Shown here piece by piece: positions 55,830 to 64,000 of a stretch of DNA of 64,000 nucleotides. This stretch comes from Syntrophales bacterium (GTDB taxonomy: Bacteria > Desulfobacterota > Syntrophia > Syntrophales > UBA2210). The translations under genes were made by a program, and so were the position numbers. The stretch spans positions 1,152,001-1,216,000 of the forward strand of contig CAXXNF010000001.1 of NCBI GenBank assembly GCA_963666365.2, given 5' to 3'. The notes below the pieces were generated by a model. That model ran no database searches and was not told the origin of the DNA. It saw only the letters and a list, made by a program, of their open reading frames with translations. Each line of letters opens with the position of its first letter. The first letter of the stretch is position 1.

Positions 55830-58415
55830 ATGACGGCTATGGCAGGCAATGTGGGCGACCTCCTGCAAAAACTGATTCGGGAAGAGCGGCAGGGTGAAAA
55901 GACGCTGTCGGGGACTTTCTCCGCTCCGGGACATCTTACCACCCTGGGCGCACCGCTCATCCCGGTGGCGGAAGGACGCTACAGGATAGATATTACGGGA
56001 ATACGGGTATTGAGAAACCTTTCGACCTTTATTCACCTGCTGACCGGCGAGGTGCTCGAGCAGTGCGGCTTCGGCGTCACCGATATCATGGTAAAAAGAA
56101 AAGTGGATGCCCATCTGACTCCGGAACTCTCGGAGGCCGGAGTAGATTGGGTGATGGTCTACGCCAGACTCGACGCCGCAGAGCATCTGCCGCGTTATCA
56201 CAATTCATTCAACCGGGACATGCAGCTCATCTTCAGCATGCTCCAGACCGTCCGATGGGGCGGACTTCTTTTCCCGGATTTCTTCAATCTCGATGCCGGC
56301 GCGAAAGACGCCCCTCTCCCGGCCCTCCTTTTTCCTTTTCACCTGGATATCGCCGACAGGGAAGAAAGCCATTACATGCTTCTGGAGTTCAACCGTCCGG
56401 GACGGTTTCTTCGTGTGACAATCGAGGATGCCCCATCGTCACGATTGCAGTTGAAGCATATTTCTCACCGGGTCGTCGACAATATACATCGTGCGGCCTA
56501 TCTCCCCCCCGATATGCACCATATTGCCGGACAGATTCACCAGGGCATTCTGAGAGAATGCTTCAACAATCGGACCGAATACAAGGAAACGCCGGATCGG
56601 CAATCGGCGCTCTTTGACCACCTTCGACAGGGGGGGTTGGACAGGCTGGGATCACTCTATTTTCGATGGACCATCGAAGATATTCAACCGCTTATTCTCA
56701 GGGAAAATGAGGGCCCATCCCTCAATGAAGCGCAGGCGCTTCTGCACAAAGAACTCATGCTCCTCCAGGACCCGGATGTGCGTTTCCAGTTGCACGAGGG
56801 ACACATCATCGAAATGCAGGCCGATCAGTATCGTGTCTTTTTCTCCCTCTCCCGTCGTCACACCTGTCTCAACATCAGCCTGAGCGAAGAACCCCATTTC
56901 ACTACCCTGAACGATTATTTCGAGAAAATGCCCCTCCTGAAAGAGGCAGCCGTCCAGCGGGAAGGATCACTTCATGGTGTGCGTCTTTTTCTGATTCATC
57001 ATATTACGGCGGAGGTGCTCGGGCTTATCAGGGCCTTTCAAAAAGCCGGATGTGAGTTCATCACCACCCTGTTTGTAAAATACGCCGGCGTCGTACCCGA
57101 CGAGTACTTTGAAACAATCCTTTCCCTCCCCGACGATTCCTTTCGGTTCTGTGGAATTCACAGGATAGAAACGCCGCGCACCATGGAAAGCCGTTATGTG
57201 ATATCACAGCAGTATTCCGATATTTCAGACCTGCAGTTCCTCGACACAATACTGTGGGAGGAACGACGCGATTTCAAGGATGCCATGCGTCTGGTAGCGG
57301 GTCATCTCTTCTTTGAAGAGGCGATTCGCTGTAGAAAAGCGGGAATCACCCTTCTACTGGTGGAGGACGGCGGATATCTGTCGCCTCTGATCAACAGATT
57401 CTGCCTGGAACAAAAGACGCTGGGCGACGTGCTGCGCGCTTTTCACGTTGATGCCGCCGCCGAGGGGAATCCCGATCTTGCATTGCCGGAAGAAGACTGT
57501 GAGGCGCCCGTGGCGGAGTGGCTGGCTGAAATATTTGCAGGCACTGTCGAACACACAAAAAACGGTCACGACGAGAACGCAGAGGTAATGCATGAATACG
57601 GAACACTTCGCTTTCCTCTTGCGAGCATTGCCGTATCCCGTCTCAAACGGGGCCCGGAGGCAAAGGAGTGTGCGATTGCCATACTCAACGCCGTCGAAAA
57701 CATCCTGCACCGTCAGGGATTGCTCCTGTCTCGGCGGCGGGCCCTGGTGATCGGTTCATCAGGCGCAATCGGACGGCGCCTTATAGATGAGCTCTCCCAT
57801 CGCCTGATCGAAGCACCTCCCGCCGGCGTCGACATCGCCGCATCAGACATCGCTACAACGCACCTGGAAGTCAGGACCCTTGAAGAACTTGACAGAAGTA
57901 TCCTTTATGGCATCGATATGATAATCGGCGCCGCCGGCAGGTCCGTGATGACGGCAACGACACTTGCGGATATGCTGATAGAGGGCGCGCAAGAATTCCT
58001 CTATTTTGTGAGCGGTTCGACGAAAACGGTGGAATTCACCGAAGTGGAAACGTGGCTTCACTCGCTGATGGCGCAAAAAAATCCCCGCATTGCAGGTCAT
58101 CATATCGAGATCGCCCACGCACCGCTGCGGGACCTGCAGACATCGGCACTTCTGGGACATGAGGTACGGATCGCATTTTCCGACGGCGCCATCCCGCCCA
58201 AACGGCTCTACCTTCTGGGCGAACTGACGCCCATTAATTTCCTCTACTACGGAATCCCCAGAGAGATTCTCGATGACGTCATGCGCCATCTCTTCCGGGT
58301 ATCCGTCGGGTTGATAGAAAGAAAAAAAGCGGGGGAACCGCTTCCCCGCCGGCTCCTCGCCGTCGATCACGACATCGATATGGATGCACGGCGGATCGAC
58401 GCCCCGTTCTCTTGA
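55830..58415 (+). CDS. Protein with an unknown N-terminal region and a divergent S-adenosylhomocysteine-hydrolase-like C-terminal region
   Basis: HITAE (HxTxE), EDGGY, VEHTKNG, SRLK and Rossmann VIGSSGAIG occur in AhcY order. Confidence 0.62.
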   Translation: MTAMAGNVGDLLQKLIREERQGEKTLSGTFSAPGHLTTLGAPLIPVAEGRYRIDITGIRVLRNLSTFIHLLTGEVLEQCGFGVTDIMVKRKVDAHLTPELSEAGVDWVMVYARLDAAEHLPRYHNSFNRDMQLIFSMLQTVRWGGLLFPDFFNLDAGAKDAPLPALLFPFHLDIADREESHYMLLEFNRPGRFLRVTIEDAPSSRLQLKHISHRVVDNIHRAAYLPPDMHHIAGQIHQGILRECFNNRTEYKETPDRQSALFDHLRQGGLDRLGSLYFRWTIEDIQPLILRENEGPSLNEAQALLHKELMLLQDPDVRFQLHEGHIIEMQADQYRVFFSLSRRHTCLNISLSEEPHFTTLNDYFEKMPLLKEAAVQREGSLHGVRLFLIHHITAEVLGLIRAFQKAGCEFITTLFVKYAGVVPDEYFETILSLPDDSFRFCGIHRIETPRTMESRYVISQQYSDISDLQFLDTILWEERRDFKDAMRLVAGHLFFEEAIRCRKAGITLLLVEDGGYLSPLINRFCLEQKTLGDVLRAFHVDAAAEGNPDLALPEEDCEAPVAEWLAEIFAGTVEHTKNGHDENAEVMHEYGTLRFPLASIAVSRLKRGPEAKECAIAILNAVENILHRQGLLLSRRRALVIGSSGAIGRRLIDELSHRLIEAPPAGVDIAASDIATTHLEVRTLEELDRSILYGIDMIIGAAGRSVMTATTLADMLIEGAQEFLYFVSGSTKTVEFTEVETWLHSLMAQKNPRIAGHHIEIAHAPLRDLQTSALLGHEVRIAFSDGAIPPKRLYLLGELTPINFLYYGIPREILDDVMRHLFRVSVGLIERKKAGEPLPRRLLAVDHDIDMDARRIDAPFS

Positions 58416-58468
58416 CACGCGAGAAACTGTTGCAAGGCGCATCAAAAAAAGAAAAGGATAAAATCGCC

Positions 58469-59539
58469 ATGAAAAAAATTACATTGGTCGTTATCGTGTG
58501 CACTGTGCTTTCGCTCCTCTATGTCGCCTCCCCTGTCCTTGCCGCCGAAAAAATCGTCTGGCGGGCCCAGTCCAGCTATTCGGCGGGACTTCCCCAGCTT
58601 TACTCGCCTGCCGCCTATTTTGCTAAAAATATAGAAAGGCTGACCGATGGACGTCTCGTGGTCCGGCTCTCGCCGGGAGGAGCCGTCGTCCCCGCCCTGA
58701 AGGTGTTCGACGCCGTCAGCGCCGGTACCCTCGATATAGGGTTTACCTGGGCCGGCTGGTGGGTGGGTAAATTTCCCGCCTCGGTCCTCTTCGCCAACTC
58801 CTATCCCAACGGTCTTCAGACGCAGGAGATGCTCGGATGGATCTATACGGGAGGGGGACTTGATCTCTGGAACGAGCTGTACCGGGGGCATGGTGTGAAG
58901 GTGCTTCCCCCCTACGGCATGCTGGGATCGGAAAATTTCTGCTGGTCCCACAAGCCGATCAGATCACTGGAGGATTTCAAGGGCTTGAAATTCAGGACCG
59001 TGGGCATCTGGGGACAGTGTCTTGAACGCCTGGGCGCCCGTGTGGTCACGCTTCCCGGCGCCGAAGTCTATCCCGCGCTGGAACGCGGAGTTATCGATGC
59101 CTGCGAATTCGGCACCCCGGCCATCGACAAAAAGTTCGGCTTTGAGGAAATCTGCACATATCTCCTGCTCCCGGGCATTCATGAGCCCTGCGCCCCCCTG
59201 GAAACGCTGGTCAACAAAAAGTCATGGGAAAAACTCCCCCCCGACCTGCAGTACAAGGTACAGATCCTGCTCCGCGAATCCTGTTTCCAGGCAATGAATC
59301 GCGCCCTGAAAGAAGACGCCGAAGCTATGGAGTATTTCAGGAACTACAAGGGGCTCCATGTTTCGAAACTCTCGCCTGAAATGCTTGCGGGAATCACCCG
59401 TATCGGTGATGCGGTACTAAAGGAACATGCGGAAAAAGATCCCCTCTTCGCCAAAATTTTACAGTCGCAGATCGCCTTCAGAAAAAAGGTGGAACCTTAC
59501 GCGGAACTGGTGCGAATCCCCTATCCCTATGCAAAGTAA
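58469..59539 (+). CDS. dctP: TRAP transporter solute-binding protein
   Basis: Signal peptide; PIRSLEDFKGLKFR and EVYPALERGVIDA motifs. Confidence 0.92.
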   Translation: MKKITLVVIVCTVLSLLYVASPVLAAEKIVWRAQSSYSAGLPQLYSPAAYFAKNIERLTDGRLVVRLSPGGAVVPALKVFDAVSAGTLDIGFTWAGWWVGKFPASVLFANSYPNGLQTQEMLGWIYTGGGLDLWNELYRGHGVKVLPPYGMLGSENFCWSHKPIRSLEDFKGLKFRTVGIWGQCLERLGARVVTLPGAEVYPALERGVIDACEFGTPAIDKKFGFEEICTYLLLPGIHEPCAPLETLVNKKSWEKLPPDLQYKVQILLRESCFQAMNRALKEDAEAMEYFRNYKGLHVSKLSPEMLAGITRIGDAVLKEHAEKDPLFAKILQSQIAFRKKVEPYAELVRIPYPYAK

Positions 59540-59545
59540 GATAGT

Positions 59546-60052
59546 ATGGCCGTTATCGCAAAATGTATTGACCATGTAAGCGCCCTGTCGGGAAAAATCG
59601 CGGCATGGCTCTGCCTTGTCCTGATAGGAGAACTCGTCTACGATACAGTTGCCCGCTACGGATTCAACGCCCCGACCGAGTGGTCCTATGACATTTCCTA
59701 CATGTTCTGTGGAACACTCTTTATGATCGGCGCCTCCTGGACCCTGCTTCAGGGTGAACATGTGCGCATAGGTATTTTCTATGACCGGGCGTCGCCTCGC
59801 GTCCAGGCGGCACTTACCATTGCCGGGTATATTGTATTCTTTTTCCCCTCGATGGCAGCGCTTCTCTGGTATGGGGCCGACTTCGCGCTCGCCTCCTGGC
59901 GGATGCAGGAACATGCCGGCGTCAGTATGTGGTCGCCGCCGATTTATCCTTTCAAGACCATCATTCCGATCGCCGCGCTGCTGTTACTGCTTCAGGGATC
60001 GGTGCTCTTCGCGCGCACAACAGTCCGGCTCGTGAAAGGCGAACCCTCATGA
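59546..60052 (+). CDS. dctQ: TRAP transporter small permease
   Basis: RYGFNAPTEW and HVRI motifs; four TM segments. Confidence 0.9.
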   Translation: MAVIAKCIDHVSALSGKIAAWLCLVLIGELVYDTVARYGFNAPTEWSYDISYMFCGTLFMIGASWTLLQGEHVRIGIFYDRASPRVQAALTIAGYIVFFFPSMAALLWYGADFALASWRMQEHAGVSMWSPPIYPFKTIIPIAALLLLLQGSVLFARTTVRLVKGEPS

Positions 60053-61377
60053 GCCTCAGCCCGGGAATGCTTATCATCATGCTCTTTGCCGGCCTGATTA
60101 TCGGTCTTGCGATGGGATTTCCCGTACCCTTCGTCATGCTCGGCGTTTCAATGGCCGTGGGAGTAGCGGGGACCGGAACGGCATATTTTCCCATGATGAT
60201 TCTCCGCATTTTCGATACCATGCAGAACTACATCCTGATCGCCATCGTGCTGTTTGTCTTCATGGGCATTATGCTGGAGCGGTCGGGCGCGGCGGAACGC
60301 ATGTTCTCGGCGGCCCATATTCTTCTGGGCGGTCTGCGCGGCGGTCTTGCCGTCGCCGTTGTGCTTGTCTGTACGATTATGGCGGCCGCGACGGGCATCA
60401 TGGGCGCCCCCGTGATCATTATGGGACTCTTTGCGCTGCCCGAAATGTTGAAACGCGGATACGATCCCACCCTCAGCTCCGGAACCATCTGTGCGGGAGG
60501 CACCCTGGGCATTCTCATACCGCCCAGCATCATGCTGGTTGTCTACGGGCCCATGGCCGGTCTTTCGGTAGGAAAACTCTTCATGGGCGCGGTCATTCCC
60601 GGCTTGGTCCTGGCAGCCCTCTATACTGTATATATTCTGGGAGTGTGTCGGCTGAACCCGGGAAAAGGACCGGCGCTGCCGCCGGAATTACGCAGAACCC
60701 CGGCAAGAGCGAAGATTTTCATGACCGTCACATCGCTCTTCCCGACGCTCATCCTTATCTTCTCCGTACTCGGAACGATTTTCTTCGGCATCGCGGCGCC
60801 TACGGAAGCGGCCGCCGTTGGGGCGGCGGCCAGTCTGCTTCTGGCGCTTGCCTATGGAACACTCACCTGGCAGACTCTCAGAGAGGCCCTGTACCGAACC
60901 GTGACCGTATCGAGTATGATCATGCTGATCGTGGCCGCCGCCTTCGTCTTCACGGGAACGTTCATGCTTGTGGGCGGCGGCGATCTGGTGAAGGAAGGGC
61001 TTATGGAGCTGCCCATAGGGCGCTGGGGCATCTTTCTCGTCATGGCTGCGGCCTTCTTTGCCTTCGGTCTCTTCATGGAGTGGGTCGGCATCGTGCCGAT
61101 CCTGGTGCCTATTTTCGCCCCCCTTATCATCGAACTGGACTTCAACCCCCTTTGGGCAGCTGTTATTTTTTGCGTGGTGATGCAGACATCCTTCCTGACG
61201 CCCCCCATGGCGCCGGCCCTCTTTTATCTCAAGGGGGTCGCCCCGGAGAACATCGGATTCGGACGTCATATTGTGAAGGGTGCGGTCCCCTTTATCGCAC
61301 TGCAGCTCATCGGCATCATGCTGCTGATCCTCTTTCCAGAGCTGATCCTGTGGCTCCCGGAAATGATGTTCCGATAA
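60049..61377 (+). CDS. dctM: TRAP transporter large permease
   Basis: GTLGILIPPS, APTEAAAVG and SFLTPP motifs; ATGA overlap with dctQ. Confidence 0.92.
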   Translation: MSLSPGMLIIMLFAGLIIGLAMGFPVPFVMLGVSMAVGVAGTGTAYFPMMILRIFDTMQNYILIAIVLFVFMGIMLERSGAAERMFSAAHILLGGLRGGLAVAVVLVCTIMAAATGIMGAPVIIMGLFALPEMLKRGYDPTLSSGTICAGGTLGILIPPSIMLVVYGPMAGLSVGKLFMGAVIPGLVLAALYTVYILGVCRLNPGKGPALPPELRRTPARAKIFMTVTSLFPTLILIFSVLGTIFFGIAAPTEAAAVGAAASLLLALAYGTLTWQTLREALYRTVTVSSMIMLIVAAAFVFTGTFMLVGGGDLVKEGLMELPIGRWGIFLVMAAAFFAFGLFMEWVGIVPILVPIFAPLIIELDFNPLWAAVIFCVVMQTSFLTPPMAPALFYLKGVAPENIGFGRHIVKGAVPFIALQLIGIMLLILFPELILWLPEMMFR

Positions 61378-61418
61378 AATTCCATTATTGAACATTCACC
61401 ATCGTTATGAACGGCCTA

Positions 61419-61450
61419 TTCAGCCGCCCGTTTTTTTTGCATCGGCTGAA
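61419..61450. terminator. Hairpin after dctM
   Basis: TTCAGCCG...CGGCTGAA stem enclosing a T8 run; not a canonical terminator. Confidence 0.35.
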
Positions 61451-61460
61451 GCAACGAGGC

Positions 61461-61513
61461 GGTAATATTACATTGACAATCATTACCATGCGCATTAGTA
61501 TTACCGTATTACC
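61461..61513 (+). promoter_or_regulatory. Sigma70 promoter with repeated ATTAC(C) operator motifs for the TA operon
   Basis: TTGACA (61473-61478)-N17-TAGTAT (61496-61501); GTAATATTAC palindrome and three ATTACC copies around it. Confidence 0.7.
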
Positions 61514-61534
61514 TACATATGAGAGGAGCACATC

Positions 61535-61765
61535 ATGCAAACAGTCATAAGCAAACTTACCACTAAGTATCAGGCTACTGTTCCTAAATCAGTGAGAAAA
61601 AAACTGAATCTCAATTCTGGCGACATCATTGCCTTTGACATCGATGGCGATATTATAAAACTCAGAAAAGCAACTCCCACGGATGTTGATTTTTTCAATG
61701 CCCTGGTTCCTACGCTCAATGAATGGAATTCAGAAAACGATGAGGATGCATACCATGACCTATGA
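61535..61765 (+). CDS. AbrB/MazE/PrlF-family antitoxin
   Basis: SKLTTKYQATVPKSVRKKLNL.SGD motif; acidic tail EWNSENDEDAY. Confidence 0.88.
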   Translation: MQTVISKLTTKYQATVPKSVRKKLNLNSGDIIAFDIDGDIIKLRKATPTDVDFFNALVPTLNEWNSENDEDAYHDL

Positions 61766-62096
61766 ACCGTTTGATGTGGTGATTGTGCCATTTCCATTCA
61801 CTGATGCAGCTCAGACAAAAAGAAGACCGGCCCTGGTACTGTCGCAAAATACGAATTTAGGAAATAAAATCGGGCACTCCATATTGGCCATGATTACAAG
61901 CCTGAAAAACGCTCCTTGGCCATTGGACTGCGAAATCAAGAGCAGAGACCAGTCGGGATTGACCGCACCTTCGGTTGTCAGGATGAAGCTATTTACCCTC
62001 GACAATAGGTTTATAATTAGAAAAATCGGACACTTATCTAAAGACGATCAAAAACAAGTTAAACAAAGCCTCTCACAAATTTTCGATTACCTGTGA
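61755..62096 (+). CDS. PemK/MazF-family toxin
   Basis: FDVVIVPFPFTD..KRRPALVLS..AMITS motif; overlaps the antitoxin. Confidence 0.9.
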   Translation: MTYEPFDVVIVPFPFTDAAQTKRRPALVLSQNTNLGNKIGHSILAMITSLKNAPWPLDCEIKSRDQSGLTAPSVVRMKLFTLDNRFIIRKIGHLSKDDQKQVKQSLSQIFDYL

Positions 62097-62248
62097 TTTT
62101 AAAATCCAGCACGCCTTTCCCGAAATTGCGAAAGGTTGTTTTACATATCAGAGAAGATGGGGTATTAGTGTTTGATATCGGAGAGATCAAAGAGAATACG
62201 CGGGCCTTCGAACGCTGCGTGAAAGAGCCCCCGGGAGTCACAAGATAG

Positions 62249-63160
62249 ATGAACAAACTCGTGATGTTTTTTCTGTGCTGCGTCCCGCTTGCGGCGGGTA
62301 TGCTCGCATCCGGCGCCGACCGTGCATGGGCGGAGGGGACGGCTCGTTATTCAGTTACGATGGCGCCCCTTCATCAATTCAAGACAGACCTTGATCAGGG
62401 CGGATCCTATGAGATGTCGGGCTTTCTTCTTCATTCGTCGCTCACAGAGCCGATGAGCGCGCGCGTTGATGTCGGCGTCGCCCTGCGGTATGCCTACGAA
62501 GAGTACAGGTTCGAAAATCCTGTCTTTACCGGCCAGGCGCGACCCTGGTCGGAGGTTCATACCGTTCAGGGAGCGTTCTTCTATGTCCGCACTATGGATA
62601 ATGGCTGGCGCATGCGCCTTTCACCGTCCCTCCGCTTTTCCGGTGAATCAGGGGCAAAAACCAGTGACGCTGTTGCCTGGGGAGGTTCGCTGTCCTTTTC
62701 CCGCCTGGTGAAGCCCGGCTTGATGCTGGGAGCGGGGATCGCCTACGTTGACGATATCGACAGGCGATCGGTGCTTCCCATCGTGATGGTCCGGTGGGAT
62801 ATTACCGATCGTATGACGCTGGGGACGGCGCCCGGATCGGGTCCGGCAGGCCCTGCGGGAATGGAACTTACCTATAGGATTGACGACAAGTGGACCATGG
62901 GGACGGGCGCTGCCTGGCGTTCACAGAAATTCAGGCTTGACCGGCATGGATTTTTCTCCGATGGCGTGGCGCGATCCCGCTGTCTGCCGATCTGGGTGCG
63001 TGCATCCCGCTCCCTTACCGGCAATGTCAGTTTTGATTTCTACGGCGGCGCCCTGCTCGCGGGAAGTCTCCGCATTGATAATGCCGGCGGCAACCGAATC
63101 GCCGACGACGATTACGCAAGCGCGTTCTTCCTGTCGTGCATGCTGTCGGCGCGGTTTTGA
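62249..63160 (+). CDS. Putative outer-membrane beta-barrel protein
   Basis: Signal peptide, alternating amphipathic beta strands and a C-terminal Phe. Confidence 0.75.
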   Translation: MNKLVMFFLCCVPLAAGMLASGADRAWAEGTARYSVTMAPLHQFKTDLDQGGSYEMSGFLLHSSLTEPMSARVDVGVALRYAYEEYRFENPVFTGQARPWSEVHTVQGAFFYVRTMDNGWRMRLSPSLRFSGESGAKTSDAVAWGGSLSFSRLVKPGLMLGAGIAYVDDIDRRSVLPIVMVRWDITDRMTLGTAPGSGPAGPAGMELTYRIDDKWTMGTGAAWRSQKFRLDRHGFFSDGVARSRCLPIWVRASRSLTGNVSFDFYGGALLAGSLRIDNAGGNRIADDDYASAFFLSCMLSARF

Positions 63161-63231
63161 GGGATAATTCGCAGGCAGTGATGGGGCAGTGAGGCTTTGC
63201 AGAACCTCATACTGCACACCGGTGATGCGTT

Positions 63232-63729
63232 ATGACCCGATTTTCAAGGCAGAAACAATTTATCGGACTTGTTGCATGGCTCCTGGTCGCCTACAGTGCC
63301 TCCGCCATCGGCGGTATCGCCTCGGTCAGCGCGGGGGAGTTGTACGCGCAGCTTGTTCGGCCGGCATGGACACCGCCGCCCTATGTCTTTGGCCCTGTGT
63401 GGATGACACTTTACACCCTCATGGGCATTGCATCCTGGCTGGTGTGGCGTGTCGGAGGATTTGCCGCGGCATCGAGCGCGCTTACCCTCTTTCTTCTACA
63501 GCTGGCGGCAAATGCCCTGTGGACATGGCTGTTTTTCCGATGGCGCCTCGGCGCGACGGCCTTTGCCGACGTACTGCTTCTCTTAGCCTTGATCATGGCA
63601 ACGATCGTCAGCTTCCGGCGCGTAAGCGCACCGGCAGGCATACTAATGATTCCCTATCTTTTGTGGGTAGCTTTTGCCTCAGTACTGACGTACAGCCTCT
63701 GGCACATGAACCCCCGGATTCTGGGCTAA
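63232..63729 (+). CDS. tspO: TspO/MBR tryptophan-rich sensory protein
   Basis: [28 protein letters not shown] and PYLLWVAFA motifs. Confidence 0.93.
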   Translation: MTRFSRQKQFIGLVAWLLVAYSASAIGGIASVSAGELYAQLVRPAWTPPPYVFGPVWMTLYTLMGIASWLVWRVGGFAAASSALTLFLLQLAANALWTWLFFRWRLGATAFADVLLLLALIMATIVSFRRVSAPAGILMIPYLLWVAFASVLTYSLWHMNPRILG

Positions 63730-64000
63730 TTCCGGGGACAGTACAGGCGCTTTTTCAGTTTCATGATTCTTGTATACGATTGGTCGATTCGTTCCGCCCG
63801 CACCCTCCCGCCATGGACCAGCTTCCTGATGATTGCACCGGCGCGGGTGGCGATGTCCTCTTCATAGACGGAGTTATTGCCGAAGATGAGGATATCGCAG
63901 CCGGCCGTGATGGCCCGTTCGATTGCCATTTCAAGGCCGTAGTGCAATCGTATCGCTCCCATCTGCATGTCGTCGGAAATGACCACCCCCTCATAGCCGA
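63726..64000 (-). CDS. Glycoside hydrolase family 3 (NagZ-like), 3' fragment
   Basis: [29 protein letters not shown]; runs off the window end. Confidence 0.85.
   Translation of the reverse strand, partial: GYEGVVISDDMQMGAIRLHYGLEMAIERAITAGCDILIFGNNSVYEEDIATRAGAIIRKLVHGGRVRAERIDQSYTRIMKLKKRLYCPRN

Noticed and set aside
61405..61465. attC integron site before the TA pair
   Set aside because: A hairpin is present, but the RYYYAAC...GTTRRRY boxes are not convincingly matched and there is no intI in the window.
62093..62248. 51-codon ORF (VILKSSTPF...PPGVTR) after the PemK toxin
   Set aside because: No recognisable family or clear RBS; it may be a gene remnant but cannot be supported.

Overview
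A 64-kb bacterial chromosomal window. Its gene content (class II RNR, Fe-ADH plus aldehyde:ferredoxin oxidoreductase, TRAP transporter, outer-membrane barrel) suggests an anaerobic Gram-negative organism, probably Desulfobacterota/Deltaproteobacteria; this is inference. The first ~1.4 kb looks like the edge of an integrated element: small orphan ORFs, two 71-bp hairpin repeats and 17-bp direct repeats. Housekeeping and metabolic genes follow: nrdJ with tandem NrdR boxes, TrpR-like regulator, HU, DinG helicase, a GNAT-HDAC fusion, adh-aor, an SLC12-like cotransporter, a Cache-HAMP adenylate cyclase, anion permeases, yvcK-glmM-nagB, AmrS radical SAM with a SpeE-like membrane protein, msrAB, M15 peptidase-mpaA-spmAB, TRAP, tspO, a partial GH3 gene and two type II toxin-antitoxin pairs. 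The most unusual observations are: (1) an apparent operon joining a MinD/ParA-like ATPase with an Arg-substituted Walker A to an ECF S-component-HAMP protein that has no enzymatic output domain, followed by a Zn-dehydrogenase, a divergent SAH-hydrolase-like protein and a TRAP transporter; (2) four unrelated secreted proteins (563-2061 aa) sharing a C-terminal dockerin-like Ca-binding tag; (3) small repeat families and a 62-bp gene-fragment duplication bracketing several of those secreted-protein genes. No rRNA, tRNA, CRISPR array, integrase or transposase was recognised. All family assignments come from motif recognition by eye; no database search was run.
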